64,000 nt of DNA from an uncultured bacterium (GTDB taxonomy: Bacteria > Patescibacteriota > Minisyncoccia > Phycocordibacterales > Phycocordibacteraceae): positions 298,108-362,107 of the forward strand of contig CAMTYL010000003.1 of NCBI GenBank assembly GCA_947085985.1, read 5' to 3'. The notes below the pieces were generated by a model. That model was not told where the DNA came from. It did no database searches and worked only from the letters and a program-made list of their open reading frames with translations. The translations under genes and the position numbers were made by a program. How positions within the stretch are numbered: position 1 is the stretch's first letter; each line of letters begins with the position of its first letter. Of this stretch, positions 27,743-38,181 are shown piece after piece.

Positions 27743-28588
27743 TTAAGAATTCAAATATCTGCGCAGAGCCGCGTCTTTTTGCGACATGGCATGTGACTGA
27801 CTGTCGGCAGCACGACGTGCAGCGTTTGCTGCACGCGACGCGTCCTCGTCTCCTTCGCGGAAATACTTTGCGGCGCGTCCTATCAACTCAGTCAGATCCA
27901 TGAAGCTTCGTGTCATGGCGCGAAGACTTGCTGAATCCTCCTTCATGGTTCCGCGAGCGCTCGATTTCATACTTCCAATCCCGCGCGCCACCTCTGCATA
28001 TAGCTGCGCTACTTCTTGTGGAGATACGTCTCCTTTTGCACGAGAGAATTCATGGAGTTCCGTTGCACACGAGTTTAGGAACGAGTACAAACTTCGGTCC
28101 ACAAACGGGTCGTACCCTTTGTTGCTTCTCCGATTAACTTCGCTCATAAGATCGGCAAGTGCTTCGGCAACTCGACCTGACTCCTTACGAATACCTACCG
28201 CTCGTTCAGATTTCTCAACTGAGCCATCGAATGCAATGAGTGCCTTCTCTACCTGGTCGCGCATTGCATCAAGCTGGGCACTATCGTGCCTGAATGCCGT
28301 CGGAACAACTTCTGACACTTCACCAGAGAGACCGAGGCGCGCTCTAGCTTCGGCGAGCTTGTCTCCATCCGCACTTATCACCTTCTTCATTTCTGCCTTC
28401 CGGTCCTCAATGTCTATGAGTATTCTCCGTAGTGCCTTTTCTTTATCCTCCGACTCTAGTGATTCGTCAGTGAGCGCACGCTGCAAGCTACGCTCGAGCG
28501 ATTCTTGAGTACGGGAGCCTTTTGGTACTTCCTGGGGCTTCTCTTGTTCTGCAACTTCATTCTTCTCAACGGGAGCGCCTTCGGTCAT
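27743..28588 (-). CDS. Hypothetical coiled-coil protein
   Basis: 281-aa charged helical ORF. Confidence 0.75.
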   Translation of the reverse strand: MTEGAPVEKNEVAEQEKPQEVPKGSRTQESLERSLQRALTDESLESEDKEKALRRILIDIEDRKAEMKKVISADGDKLAEARARLGLSGEVSEVVPTAFRHDSAQLDAMRDQVEKALIAFDGSVEKSERAVGIRKESGRVAEALADLMSEVNRRSNKGYDPFVDRSLYSFLNSCATELHEFSRAKGDVSPQEVAQLYAEVARGIGSMKSSARGTMKEDSASLRAMTRSFMDLTELIGRAAKYFREGDEDASRAANAARRAADSQSHAMSQKDAALRRYLNS

Positions 28589-28715
28589 TGCTCTCAGTAT
28601 AATGCCTACCTACAGTCACAGCAGCGTTTATGCAGGTCAAGAATCATACTACTTGACAATTTGTGTACTTCGTGTATAGTGTATGCATATCAATGGCTCT
28701 TTGGGAGATTCAGCC

Positions 28716-29000
28716 ATGTCAGTTAACGACACCAAAACGGTTCCGTTTCGCTGGGTGTGGGTCGTGCTGGCGCTCGCCTGCGCGCTCTACGGCGCTCTGC
28801 TGGGCTACGCCGCGTTCACCCTCGGCCGTATGCCAGAGAGCTTCGAAGAGAGGCTCCTCGTGAGCTCAAGCCTCTTCGGGCTCGCGAGCGCCTTCTTTCC
28901 TCTGGCGTTCGGCTTTCCTCGCCACCGCGACACGTTCCTTGGTCTCGGCACGATTCTGGCCGTGATCGGTCTTTCCGTTCAGCTGACGCAGCACCTATAG
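28716..29000 (+). CDS. Small 3-TM membrane protein (accessory)
   Basis: TTGACA(28653)-16-TATAGT, SD GGGAG and a downstream hairpin. Confidence 0.7.
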   Translation: MSVNDTKTVPFRWVWVVLALACALYGALLGYAAFTLGRMPESFEERLLVSSSLFGLASAFFPLAFGFPRHRDTFLGLGTILAVIGLSVQLTQHL

Positions 29001-29088
29001 CTGCAGCAGCAGGCGCCGCCCCCTCCCCAGGGGCGGCGCTTTCTCTTTTCCTAGACACAAACCCACTATCTGTGCTATTCTCCACCGT

Positions 29089-29349
29089 ATGAATAACGCC
29101 GTTCGCATTGAAGTAGTCCGTGGCAAGAACGAGAGTTCTGCCTCCCTCCTTCGTCGCTTTTCCCGCCGTGGCCAGGGTCTTGGCCTTGTTCGCGCGCTTC
29201 GCAAGATTCGCTATTACTCTCGCAACAAGAGCAAGAACGTGATGCACTCACGCGCTATGGTTCGCGGAGAGGTTATCAAGACCTACAACGAGCAGGTAAA
29301 GCTCGGCAAGATTGATCCGAACGCTCGCAAGGGCCGCGGAAAGAAGTAA
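29089..29349 (+). CDS. rpsU: Ribosomal protein bS21-like
   Basis: V...NES..SLLRRF.R, very basic, ...RYY.R.KS. Confidence 0.65.
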   Translation: MNNAVRIEVVRGKNESSASLLRRFSRRGQGLGLVRALRKIRYYSRNKSKNVMHSRAMVRGEVIKTYNEQVKLGKIDPNARKGRGKK

Positions 29350-29352
29350 AAT

Positions 29353-29380
29353 AAAAAACCGCCCGAAAGGGCGGTTTTTT
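29353..29380 (+). terminator. Bidirectional terminator
   Basis: AAAAAACCGCCC-GAAA-GGGCGGTTTTTT. Confidence 0.85.
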
Positions 29381-29401
29381 GTACGTTATACTTGTATTGA
29401 T

Positions 29402-29779
29402 ATGAGCACGCTTGATATTCGCAACATGACGCGGCAGACAACGGTGAAGTTTCCGTTTGCGGCAGCCCACAAGCATATCTTGCCCACCTGGGAAGTCTCC
29501 CTTGCCTTTGTAGGAACCGAGCGTGCCAAAGCAATGAACAAGCAACTTCGGAATAAGGACTACACCCCAAACGTACTCTCCTACCAAAGCGGCAACAAAA
29601 GTGGCGAGATAGTTATCTGCCCACTCGTTGCCAAGAAGCAAGCAAAAAAATACGACATGACATACACGCAATTCGTTGGATTTCTCTTTATCCACGGATT
29701 GCTTCATTTGAAGGGACAGCAACACGGAGCTACAATGGAGAAACAAGAACGCTTACTCTTGAAGCGCTTTACTAGCTAG
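29402..29779 (+). CDS. ybeY: rRNA maturation endoribonuclease YbeY
   Basis: R.KDY..NVLS and IHGLLHLKG..H. Confidence 0.92.
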   Translation: MSTLDIRNMTRQTTVKFPFAAAHKHILPTWEVSLAFVGTERAKAMNKQLRNKDYTPNVLSYQSGNKSGEIVICPLVAKKQAKKYDMTYTQFVGFLFIHGLLHLKGQQHGATMEKQERLLLKRFTS

Positions 29780-29796
29780 TACTTTACGCGCTTACA

Positions 29797-30963
29797 ATGG
29801 CCCGACGCATCGCAGCAGGAATTGACATCGGCACCCACCAGACGAAAGTCGTGGTAGTGGAAGAAGTGTCTACTCCTGAAGGTGCGACCCTTAAAATTTT
29901 GGGTACGGGTATTGCTCCTACGCGCGGCATGCGCCACGGCTACGTGGTTGATATAGAAGATGCTGCAGCATCAGTGCGCCAGGCACGCGAACAAGCAGAA
30001 TCAATAGCTCACCTTCCTATTAAGAAAGGGTTCCTTGCCGTTGGCGGTATTTCACTGGACGAGGTGCGTGCCAGTGGCGAGACTGTTATATCGCGCGCTG
30101 ACCAAGAGATTACGGAGCTTGATATTGAGAAGACCCTTGAAGGCGCGCGCGAAGCAGCGCGCCCAGGATTCCTGAACCGCACCGTGCTGCACGAGATTCC
30201 GGTGGAGTTTCGCGTGGACGGGCACCTCTCACTCGGCGCCCCCCTTGGCATGCGCGGCACCCGCCTCTCAGCGGACTATCTCTTTGTCACCTGTCTTACC
30301 CAGCATGTACAGACGCTCATTCGTGTTGCTGAAGCTGCTGACATTGAAGTAATTGACCGCATGGCGTCTCCTCTTGCAGGTTCCTACGTCACGCTTACTA
30401 AAGACCAAAAGATGAAGGGCTGTGTGCTGGCAAACATTGGCGCAGAAACTGTTTCCATAGTGGTGTACGACGAGGGCCTCCCTATTTCCGTAAAAGTGTT
30501 CCCGATTGGTTCTACCAACATCACCGACGACCTCGCACTTGGCTTTAAGGTTTCCCTTGAAGACGCAGAACGATTAAAGCTAGGCCACCTAGGCGGCGCC
30601 ATGTATCCCAAGAAGAAGATTGAAGAGATTGTGACGGCGCGCTATCGCACCATGTTCGATTTAATTGATAAGCACCTGAAGGCACTTGGTAAGCGCGGCA
30701 GTTTGCCCGCCGGTATCATCATTTCTGGCGGTGCATCCGGCCAAGGCACCATTGTAGACATCGCCAAGGGAGCACTTGCTCTACCGTCTCGAGTGGCTGA
30801 TGTGCGCATTACCGAGGACACCAAGATTAAAGACGCGACTTGGGCGGTGGCGTACGGTCTCTCGCTTTGGGGACTCACGGGCGACACGGAGACGCCCCAC
30901 AAGGCTCGCGCTGGCGCATTCATTGAGTCTCTCGCCCGCTTCTTCCGCCAGTTCCTCCCATAA
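29797..30963 (+). CDS. ftsA: Cell division protein FtsA
   Basis: GIDIGT..., G..IT.DLA, AERLK and SGG; directly upstream of ftsZ. Confidence 0.93.
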   Translation: MARRIAAGIDIGTHQTKVVVVEEVSTPEGATLKILGTGIAPTRGMRHGYVVDIEDAAASVRQAREQAESIAHLPIKKGFLAVGGISLDEVRASGETVISRADQEITELDIEKTLEGAREAARPGFLNRTVLHEIPVEFRVDGHLSLGAPLGMRGTRLSADYLFVTCLTQHVQTLIRVAEAADIEVIDRMASPLAGSYVTLTKDQKMKGCVLANIGAETVSIVVYDEGLPISVKVFPIGSTNITDDLALGFKVSLEDAERLKLGHLGGAMYPKKKIEEIVTARYRTMFDLIDKHLKALGKRGSLPAGIIISGGASGQGTIVDIAKGALALPSRVADVRITEDTKIKDATWAVAYGLSLWGLTGDTETPHKARAGAFIESLARFFRQFLP

Positions 30964-31071
30964 CAGAGCGGAAAGTACAGCACGTTTCCACTCTCTGTCT
31001 AGATTTGCAAGCTGGGCTACCCTGGTATAGTTAATTGAACCTTTTATTTATAGGCCCACATCCCATTTAGT

Positions 31072-32367
31072 ATGTCCAAGCGCATTGAACCAGAAGTCGA
31101 GACATTTGCTCGCATTCGCGTAGTTGGCTGTGGAGGCTCCGGCGGAAACGCAGTGAACCACATGGTTAACTCCAAAGTTAAGGGCGTAGAATTTATTGCG
31201 GTTAATACTGATGCTCAAGATTTGCATCGCTCACTTGCAAAGCGAAAGATTCACATAGGACGGAACCTCACCAAGGGCCTTGGTGCTGGAATGAATCCAG
31301 AGCTTGGAAAGCGTGCTGCAGAAGAGACGCGTCAAGAAATTCAGGAGGCACTTCAGGGTTCTGACATGGTATTCATCACCTGTGGACTCGGTGGTGGAAC
31401 CGGAACAGGTGCTGCCCCTGTGGTTGCAAAGATTGCAAAGGAGGTTGGCGCACTCACGGTTGCCATTGTCACTCGCCCATTCACCTTTGAGGGACTTCAG
31501 CGCAAGGAAATTGCAGAGCGCGGCCTTGCTGAGCTGAAGCGCGAAGTAGACGCGTACATCGTTATTCCAAACGACAAGCTTCTTTCTATCGTAGAGGCAC
31601 AGACAACCGCAAAGACCGCGTTTGCGCTCGCTGACGAGATTCTCCGCCAGGCGGTAGAGGGTGTCTCCGACATCATCACCACGCCTGGAGAAATCAACAC
31701 TGACTTCAACGACATCAAGGCCATCATGGAGGGCGCAGGTCCTGCCCTTATGGGTATTGGGGTGGCTGAGGGCGACCGCAGGGCACAGGACGCAGCTGCG
31801 CAGGCGGTCAACTCTCCACTTCTGGACGTGTCTATCGCAGGCGCTCGCGGCGTACTCTTTGTCGTTGCTGGAAGTGATGATCTCGGTATCCTTGAAGTTC
31901 AAGAGGCTGCCAAGGTGGTATCAGATTCAGTCGACAAGGATGCGAAAGTTATCTTCGGTATCATGCGCGACGAAAAGCTCAAGAAGGGCCAAATCCGCAT
32001 CATCGTTATTGCAACAGGATTCCCAGAGCAGGATGGAGGCGATGTGGCCGTCACAGCCAACGAGCGCTCACTCTTCTCTATGCCAGTTCCACAGAAGGAG
32101 GAAGTGCGTGGCAAGATTTTCAACGACAGCATGCCGCGTCGTGAGGAGCCAACCCCTGCCCCAGAGCCAGAACCAGCGCCTGAGGCCGCTCCAGCGCCAG
32201 CACCTGCCCCAACACCTATTCGCGAGATGCTTCGCCGTGAGGAGCCAATTGTGACGGCTCAGCCGCAGCGCCGCGAGGAGGGAGGAAAGACCATTACTCC
32301 GCCTGTCGTGGATGAGGAGGATGCTTGGGGAGCGATTCCTAATTTCTTGAAGCGTCACAAAAAGTAG
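31072..32367 (+). CDS. ftsZ: Cell division protein FtsZ
   Basis: GGGTGTG signature and C-terminal IPNFLKR. Confidence 0.99.
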   Translation: MSKRIEPEVETFARIRVVGCGGSGGNAVNHMVNSKVKGVEFIAVNTDAQDLHRSLAKRKIHIGRNLTKGLGAGMNPELGKRAAEETRQEIQEALQGSDMVFITCGLGGGTGTGAAPVVAKIAKEVGALTVAIVTRPFTFEGLQRKEIAERGLAELKREVDAYIVIPNDKLLSIVEAQTTAKTAFALADEILRQAVEGVSDIITTPGEINTDFNDIKAIMEGAGPALMGIGVAEGDRRAQDAAAQAVNSPLLDVSIAGARGVLFVVAGSDDLGILEVQEAAKVVSDSVDKDAKVIFGIMRDEKLKKGQIRIIVIATGFPEQDGGDVAVTANERSLFSMPVPQKEEVRGKIFNDSMPRREEPTPAPEPEPAPEAAPAPAPAPTPIREMLRREEPIVTAQPQRREEGGKTITPPVVDEEDAWGAIPNFLKRHKK

Positions 32368-32543
32368 TCACTCGCATTGCTAAAAGATTCGCAGCCCGGC
32401 GCTCAGGTGTCGGGTTTTGCGTTGTCGCCTCGTAGCGAAATCTCCCTAGAGCACTTCGTTAGTCGGGAGATTTCTTCTCGGCTCTGCACAAAACTCCTCT
32501 GCCTTCGGTTTAGCGAATCTTTTCCCAACGCTCGCTCCGAGAG
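32368..32543. repeat. ~175-bp long-hairpin element, copy 2
   Basis: Palindromic (AAAGATTCGC...GCGAATCTTT); ends match the reverse complement of 25738-25914. Confidence 0.75.
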
Positions 32544-32648
32544 AAAGAAAAACCTTGTATGAAAAGCAAGAACCCCGCGATGTTTCCAACGCGGGGTTCA
32601 AAGGAGCAGAGTATCAGGGATCTAGGTCCGAAACTCAATGTTCCAAGT

Positions 32649-33218
32649 TCAACTTGCGTGCACCAAGGCAGGTGTGTTTTCACCGAATTCACTGCCGTAC
32701 CAACAGCCACGACTGCCCCACTTGCCGTCCTTATAGATGAGGCAGCGAACACACACAAAGTAGTTTGTGTTGCGATACACCGTACCCCAGAAGAAAACAC
32801 GATTACCTTTCCATTCCTCTGGAATGAGGTGTGGATTGGCAAGCAGATAGTCGAGGACGTTGGCGTTGAATGGAACCTTCTTCGCCACATCCTTAATGAG
32901 CTTGTTACCATCGAGCACGCTGCCGTTCTTCTGACCGCTCGCGAGCCAAAGCTTGACCTTCGATGCGTCCCATTGGAATGAGCCGCCCTTTTGGTGTTCT
33001 TCGACTTTCCAGCCGTCGGGAACGAACGGGTCGACGTCGCAGTCGATGACGTGTTCCACCACGGTAATGGAAGAGTGACCGCGGAGGACATTGCGGACAT
33101 CGGCGAGGACGTTGCCCTCGCAAAGTCGCTTGATGTCGTCGTTTGTGTAATTCGCGCGGCGGAATGCCAGCTTCAGTTCGTTGGCTTGGCCAACATCGAG
33201 CATCAAATCATTGCTCAT
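32649..33218 (-). CDS. Hypothetical protein, paralog of 20964-21524
   Basis: SD GGAG; VLDYLLANPHLIPEEWK...FFWGT. Confidence 0.8.
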   Translation of the reverse strand: MSNDLMLDVGQANELKLAFRRANYTNDDIKRLCEGNVLADVRNVLRGHSSITVVEHVIDCDVDPFVPDGWKVEEHQKGGSFQWDASKVKLWLASGQKNGSVLDGNKLIKDVAKKVPFNANVLDYLLANPHLIPEEWKGNRVFFWGTVYRNTNYFVCVRCLIYKDGKWGSRGCWYGSEFGENTPALVHAS

Positions 33219-33472
33219 CGTTGTTCTCCAGTATGCGACGATGTTCGTTAGAACTGTGTCGCGTGCCAGCGGGCTCTCTCGGGTGAGGGTTTGCCATAGC
33301 AGAGAATGGCCTACAATTAAGCCGCTTTCTGCTATGGCAAATGCAAGTTGAATATCAAAGAGCTTTTTTTATTATACTACATAATATTGCTATTTGTCAA
33401 ACAATCAGTAGCACGCCAATACTTTTTAATCCCCCCAACTCCTTGAAGAAGATTTGGTATACTTCAAGCACT

Positions 33473-34399
33473 ATGAACGATTTGATAATTATTGGGGGTG
33501 GGCCAGCAGGAATTGCAGCGGGAGTGTATGCCTCAAGGAAGCGCGTGAAGACGGTGCTCATAACCGAGGAAATTGGTGGCCAGTCCACCGTGTCTGACGG
33601 CATACAGAACTGGATAGGCACGGTGAATATTCCGGGAGCAGAACTCGCCAAGAACCTGCGTGAGCACCTGCTTGCGTACAAGGACGATGTACTCACGCTC
33701 GCTGAGGGTGAGAAGGTGGAGAAACTTGAGAAGATTGAGGGTGGGTTTCGAGCCACCACGACGAGTGGAAAGACTACAGACGCCAAGGCGGTACTCCTTG
33801 CGGCCGGCGCTGGCCGAAAGCAGCTCACCGTACCTGGTGCAAATATCTTTGAACACAAGGGTGTTACCTACTGTGCCAGCTGTGATGGACCAATGTTCTC
33901 GGGCCAGGATGTTGCGGTGGTGGGTGGAGGAAACGCAGGCGTCGAGACTGCTGCGCAGCTTTTAGCATATGCAAAGTCGGTGACCATTATTCACCGCAGG
34001 AGCGAATTTAAGGCGGACGCTATTACCGTGGAGAAAGTCCTCCAACATCCGAACCTGCGCGCCATGACTGACACCGAGCCGGTGGAAGTGCACGGTGAGA
34101 AATTTGTGACGGGCATGACCGTGAAGAACGTGAAGACTGGTGAGACAGAGCTCCTCCCTGTCACCGGTGTGTTCGTAGAAATTGGCGTGCTTCCAAACAC
34201 GAGCTTTGCAAAGGACCTCGTACAGCTCGATGAAGTCGGGCGTGTCGTCACCGACCCAAGGACGCAGCGGACAAGTGTGGAAGGTGTATGGGCAGCTGGA
34301 GATTGTACCGACGAGCTATACCATCAGAACAACATCGCCGCAGGAGACGGCGTTAAGGCGCTCGAGGACATCTACCAGTGGCTCGCCCGAAATAGATAA
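33473..34399 (+). CDS. trxB: Thioredoxin reductase / AhpF-like FAD disulfide oxidoreductase
   Basis: GGGPAG, YCASCDG, GGGNAG and AAGD. Confidence 0.9.
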   Translation: MNDLIIIGGGPAGIAAGVYASRKRVKTVLITEEIGGQSTVSDGIQNWIGTVNIPGAELAKNLREHLLAYKDDVLTLAEGEKVEKLEKIEGGFRATTTSGKTTDAKAVLLAAGAGRKQLTVPGANIFEHKGVTYCASCDGPMFSGQDVAVVGGGNAGVETAAQLLAYAKSVTIIHRRSEFKADAITVEKVLQHPNLRAMTDTEPVEVHGEKFVTGMTVKNVKTGETELLPVTGVFVEIGVLPNTSFAKDLVQLDEVGRVVTDPRTQRTSVEGVWAAGDCTDELYHQNNIAAGDGVKALEDIYQWLARNR

Positions 34400-34453
34400 G
34401 AAGAAACCCCCGGTGTTAGCCGGGGGTCGCCGCATTGCGGACTTGAAGGTGAA

Positions 34454-35200
34454 CTAGATAGTGCGATTGGTCATCTGGTCGGTGATCTTCTTGGTCAGAC
34501 CGTCGCCGAGAATGGCGCGCAGCAGACAGCTGCGGATTCCGCCTTTCCAGGTTTCGTGCGGGTTGCGAACGATGTCGCAGATGTCGCGCAGCAGATCGCC
34601 GTAGCCACGCGCCTTCGCGGCGAATTCCCGACTGGTGCCGAGGACTCGGTGGTACTCTTCGTGCAGGTTGCGATAGTCGGCGGCGGCGGCCTCCAGCATT
34701 TGCTGCTGAGTGACCCGCTCGCCTTCCCGTTTATGCGACAGGACGACCGCGCGAGCCAGTTGCCGGCGATTGATTTTGCCGTTGATGAACCGGAAGAAGG
34801 TCATAACGTCGACGAGGAGATACTCCACGCCGTCGGTCAACCTCACCGGCATCTTCGTGACGAAGATGCGGTTGGGGCGGTATTGGACCATAAACCCGAA
34901 GTCATCTCCCCCGAACCCGCCACTTTGGATGAACGGGTGGACCGGATCGTACTGATGCTCGTACTCCACGAACAGTTTGCCGTCCTTCCAGAAATACGGC
35001 TGGAAGTTGTAGTGGTCGCTGAGGGTGCTGCTCTTGAAGACCAGCAGACCGTTCGTTCCCTTCTTGGGAGCGAAGGCGAACTGCCGGTACGTGAGCCCCG
35101 TCGGCGGAAACATGCCTTCGAGGCACGTCGAACCGACGAATTCGCCAGCACTAATCAGGTCGAGGGTGGCGACACCATTCACAACGTTGACACCAGACAT
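34454..35200 (-). CDS. Hypothetical protein (GC-rich accessory gene)
   Basis: 248-aa ORF with promoter TTGACA(35346)-17-TATTAT. Confidence 0.75.
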   Translation of the reverse strand: MSGVNVVNGVATLDLISAGEFVGSTCLEGMFPPTGLTYRQFAFAPKKGTNGLLVFKSSTLSDHYNFQPYFWKDGKLFVEYEHQYDPVHPFIQSGGFGGDDFGFMVQYRPNRIFVTKMPVRLTDGVEYLLVDVMTFFRFINGKINRRQLARAVVLSHKREGERVTQQQMLEAAAADYRNLHEEYHRVLGTSREFAAKARGYGDLLRDICDIVRNPHETWKGGIRSCLLRAILGDGLTKKITDQMTNRTI

Positions 35201-35423
35201 TTTCTGTAGACCTTTTCTCTAGCATCGCTAGGATAGCGGGAGCGGCCACATCGTGGCATCCCTTGGCCAGTTTGAATCCTCTCTAGCCCGATGAGGGGAA
35301 ACATCGTTTCCACATATATAATACTATATTGTATATAAATTGTCAATACCATGAAGGGTTGCTGGGATACAGAGAAACCGCGCTCCAAGGGAGCGCGGTT
35401 TTTCTATACTGAACGGGTGGTGC

Positions 35424-35537
35424 TTACGCAGCCGCCTCGTCGCCAGTCTCCACAGTAGGAGCCTCGTCAGCCGGAGCCTCAGGTGCTGCTTCTACGTTCT
35501 CTCCCTCTGCAGGGATGATTGTTTCATCGTCCATCAT
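35424..35537 (-). CDS. Small acidic peptide (37 aa) MMDDETIIPAEGENVEAAPEAPADEAPTVETGDEAAA
   Basis: Below the ORF-track cutoff; TGgTATAAT promoter upstream and terminator hairpin at 35375-35402. Confidence 0.65.
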   Translation of the reverse strand: MMDDETIIPAEGENVEAAPEAPADEAPTVETGDEAAA

Positions 35538-35654
35538 AGTGTGTTGGAGAATGGCTTTGCGTCTGCCAGAAGCAGAAAGACAAAGCCATCCAATGCTTAG
35601 TTGGCTGGCAAATCGACCTTGTTTCCATTATACCAGACTAGGGCCTGCAAGCTA

Positions 35655-36869
35655 CTAGCCATTCATGTCCCAAATCTTTGCCGCTACGTTTTGTGGAGAG
35701 CCTTCAAAGGGCAGGTGGTGATTGTCAAAGAATGGCATGCTATTACACTCCAAAATGCCACAACGCTCCGTCTCCTTCCAAGAACGTGAGATATCGCTAA
35801 TGATGAAATCAATGCCTGCAATGGTAGCGCCTAGCACTCGCGATACCTCCTCAAACAGCGCGACGTTGTCAGGGTGGGTGTCAGGCGTCACATCGCGGGT
35901 AGTACCACCCACACTCCAGTTCACTTTTTGGTGCAGCGTCACCCGAAGGCCTTCTGTTGGCACACTCGTGCGCGTGAGGTTCTGCCAGGCAAGCTCCTGG
36001 TCCGCAGTCTCGTCCAGTTTGATATGGTGGAAGTACGGCCCCTGACGCTTGGGGTGTGTATTTGCTTCTTTTACGAGCTCCTCCACTGTATGCGTTCCGT
36101 CTCCATAGACATGCGGCTGATCACGGCGAAGCGCTGCCGCAAACTTCCCGTTTACGGTAGTGGCGCGATATACCGGCCCCACGAGCTCTTCCTCAATAAC
36201 CGCGCGTGGCGCTACCTGCGTAGCAATCCGGAAGGCACGCACCAAATCTTCGTCCGTCATAACATGGAGCACCGTGTGGCGGGACGCGGAGCCTGAATAT
36301 GGCTTTACGATAGCTGGCGGGGTGAGCGACCGCATAATCTTACGCGCTCCAGCGAGCGTACGCGCGGTCCCTCCTTTTGCTACCGGTAGCCCTAGCTTCG
36401 TAAACTCCTCCTTTAGGACGGCCTTGTTGTCCATCCACGCCACGCGCCCCGTATTGGATTGTGGAAGTGGTATGCCTTCAAAAGCGATACTTCGCCCACT
36501 CGGATAGGTGGCTATAAAAATATTGTTCGGTAGGCCCCCCATGCGAAACTCCTCAACACGGATTCCTCGCCTTAGCGCCTCTTCCCATATCATACGCGCC
36601 ATCAATTGCGTGTCATTGTCAGGCTGTTGTATTCGCTTCGCGAGTGAAAGGCGCATGCCCACCTCTAGCATCTGGGGGGTAATGCGGCGGAGAACTCTGT
36701 TTACCCCAAGCGCAAACGCACTCGCAGGCTTTGCGCTGCCGCGAGGAGGTGAGCCAAATGCTGCTTCAAGAAGCTCTTCTATGACGATAGTTATATAGGT
36801 GACAGTGTGGAAGACGGACCCATCGCCACACTCTGGGCAGGGCTTCGGGGTTATATGATCGCGGATCAT
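35655..36869 (-). CDS. Cyanophycin-synthetase-like ATP-grasp ligase with N-terminal CxxC
   Basis: IVKP..GS..R, IEE...G, GDG..TV.EL, GG...DVT, GIDFI and ECNSMP. Confidence 0.8.
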   Translation of the reverse strand: MIRDHITPKPCPECGDGSVFHTVTYITIVIEELLEAAFGSPPRGSAKPASAFALGVNRVLRRITPQMLEVGMRLSLAKRIQQPDNDTQLMARMIWEEALRRGIRVEEFRMGGLPNNIFIATYPSGRSIAFEGIPLPQSNTGRVAWMDNKAVLKEEFTKLGLPVAKGGTARTLAGARKIMRSLTPPAIVKPYSGSASRHTVLHVMTDEDLVRAFRIATQVAPRAVIEEELVGPVYRATTVNGKFAAALRRDQPHVYGDGTHTVEELVKEANTHPKRQGPYFHHIKLDETADQELAWQNLTRTSVPTEGLRVTLHQKVNWSVGGTTRDVTPDTHPDNVALFEEVSRVLGATIAGIDFIISDISRSWKETERCGILECNSMPFFDNHHLPFEGSPQNVAAKIWDMNG

Positions 36870-36963
36870 GGCATGAACCAGTATACCTACACAGCGCACC
36901 TTTGTGCACGGTGACCCTGTACGGTTTCCACTTCCTATTCCATACTCTCTCTATACCCATTGT

Positions 36964-38181
36964 ATGAGTACAAGCACCCCACGTACACGATGCGTCTTTT
37001 GTGGTGACGCTCCGGTGAATCACCGACTCCACTATTTCAATACCGCTTCAAGTCTACTTCCCACCCTGTTGTTTCCGCCCAAGACAACTTCCCCAAAGCG
37101 CTTCTATCAAATCAACTACTCTCCACTTGTGAGGGCACTCTCTCGCTGGCTCTTGACACTTCTTGGGCTGGTGGGAGCGTTTCGTTTTAGTGACGAGCCA
37201 GGGCCTACCACAACGTCACGCTCAAAGAGTGTATGGAAAGAAGCAGAGAGGAGAGGTATTAAGATGCAGGAGCTTGTAATGTTTGGACTTCGTCGTGAAG
37301 AAATGCGCGCACTTCTTCCTTCAAAGCCAAACGCCACCCGCCTCACGTGGGAGTATTTCAACAGCATTCCCATTCCTCCTTGGAAGAACCAGCTTGGAAA
37401 CAGCTGGATAGACGACAAAAGTACATTCAAGCGCATGTTTCAAAAACACAATCTGCCAATAGCCCGGGGAGCGTTTGTACGTTCATACAAAGAAGCCGAG
37501 CGTTTGTTTTCTGAAATTAATGGGCGCGTCATTACCAAGCCACGTGAGGGCTCACGCGCGCGCCATACCACGGTCGCCATCTCTACCGTGCACGAGCTTG
37601 AGGAGGGATTTTTTCGTGCCAAACAACTCTGTCCTTTTGTGATGGTGGAAGAGTTCATTGAAGGCACCCTTTACCGAGCCACCTGTGTAGACAAGAAGCT
37701 AATAGGTGTCGTGCAGTTTATAAAGCCCGCCACGGTAGCAGACGGTGTGCATACGGTAGAGCAACTAAGGGCGATTCATAACGAACATAAGAAGTTTCCG
37801 CATTTAACCGATGTACAGCCTGATGCGTGGTTTATAGATGCGATTACGCACCAAGGGTTTACACCAGAGACTGTTCTCCCAGAAGGAACACCGCTCCTTT
37901 TGTCCGAGCACTCGGAGCGACCGAACGGCGGATACTTCATAGATGTTACTGACGAGATCCCTGAAGCCACCCGAGCAACTATCGAGCGCGCCGCTACCGT
38001 GTGTGACGTAGAGGTAATTGGCTACGACATTATTTCAAAAGACCTAACCAATGCTGCACTACCCTTCACATTTATAGAGGGCAACACCCTACCCTATATT
38101 GAGCTACACGATATTCCGTTTGAGGGGACCCCAAGAAATGTGTCTGGCGCCGTATTTGATATGTGGTTCCCGAAGACCTAG
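36964..38181 (+). CDS. Second cyanophycin-synthetase-like ATP-grasp ligase
   Basis: ITKP..GS..R, VEEFIEG, DG..TV.QL, GG...DVT, GYDII and EGNTLP; N-terminal CVFCG. Confidence 0.8.
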   Translation: MSTSTPRTRCVFCGDAPVNHRLHYFNTASSLLPTLLFPPKTTSPKRFYQINYSPLVRALSRWLLTLLGLVGAFRFSDEPGPTTTSRSKSVWKEAERRGIKMQELVMFGLRREEMRALLPSKPNATRLTWEYFNSIPIPPWKNQLGNSWIDDKSTFKRMFQKHNLPIARGAFVRSYKEAERLFSEINGRVITKPREGSRARHTTVAISTVHELEEGFFRAKQLCPFVMVEEFIEGTLYRATCVDKKLIGVVQFIKPATVADGVHTVEQLRAIHNEHKKFPHLTDVQPDAWFIDAITHQGFTPETVLPEGTPLLLSEHSERPNGGYFIDVTDEIPEATRATIERAATVCDVEVIGYDIISKDLTNAALPFTFIEGNTLPYIELHDIPFEGTPRNVSGAVFDMWFPKT

